The position numbers and the translations under genes are program-made. Positions 63,901-64,000 of a DNA stretch of 64,000 bases are shown here, piece by piece (positions within the stretch are counted from its first letter, which is position 1; each line of letters begins with the position of its first letter). The stretch is taken from positions 63,550,001 to 63,614,000 of the forward strand of contig CM060734.1 in assembly GCA_030704615.1 (NCBI GenBank), read 5' to 3'. The notes beneath the pieces are model-generated. The model was not told where the DNA came from. It saw nothing but the letters and a program-made list of their open reading frames with translations, and made no database searches. Source of the stretch: Takakia lepidozioides (lineage: Eukaryota > Plantae > Bryophyta).

Positions 63901-64000
63901 TCGGACTAATACGGGGACAATTCAAATTCATTCAATGGGCCAACATTAATGTATTCGTTCACTCGTTTCTCATCTGGCATCCACATGTATTTTCTTGCTC

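Overview
Eukaryotic, intron-containing plant DNA. The gene set, Tcn1-like chromovirus, Crinkler-type gene and TTTAGGG motifs suggest a seed-free land plant (inference). The left half (1-33 kb) holds three host genes: the 3' end of MTR4 (+), a complete 2-oxoglutarate dehydrogenase E1 (-, 8 exons) and a chloroplast-type NAD kinase NADK2 (+, 8 exons), the last two head-to-head. One intron of each of these two genes is filled by a stack of one LINE family that ends in, and inserts into, (TC)n tracts. The right half (33-64 kb) is mostly mobile DNA: a TTAA-flanked piggyBac-like element, TTTAGGG-punctuated repeats, a Mutator-like transposase region, a 500-N gap, two Ty3/Gypsy remnants, a tRNA-derived SINE and a frameshifted Crinkler-RHS-type NTPase+nuclease gene. 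The best candidate for an undescribed system is 39.2-45.8 kb. There a Mutator-like transposase (GCM/WRKY-like Zn domain, DDE, SWIM) and a spliced ParB/Srx-fold gene (DGNHR motif) lie on the same strand, each preceded by an array of ~30-bp palindromes whose centres are mostly exactly 53 bp apart. All family assignments come from motif recognition by eye; no searches were run.
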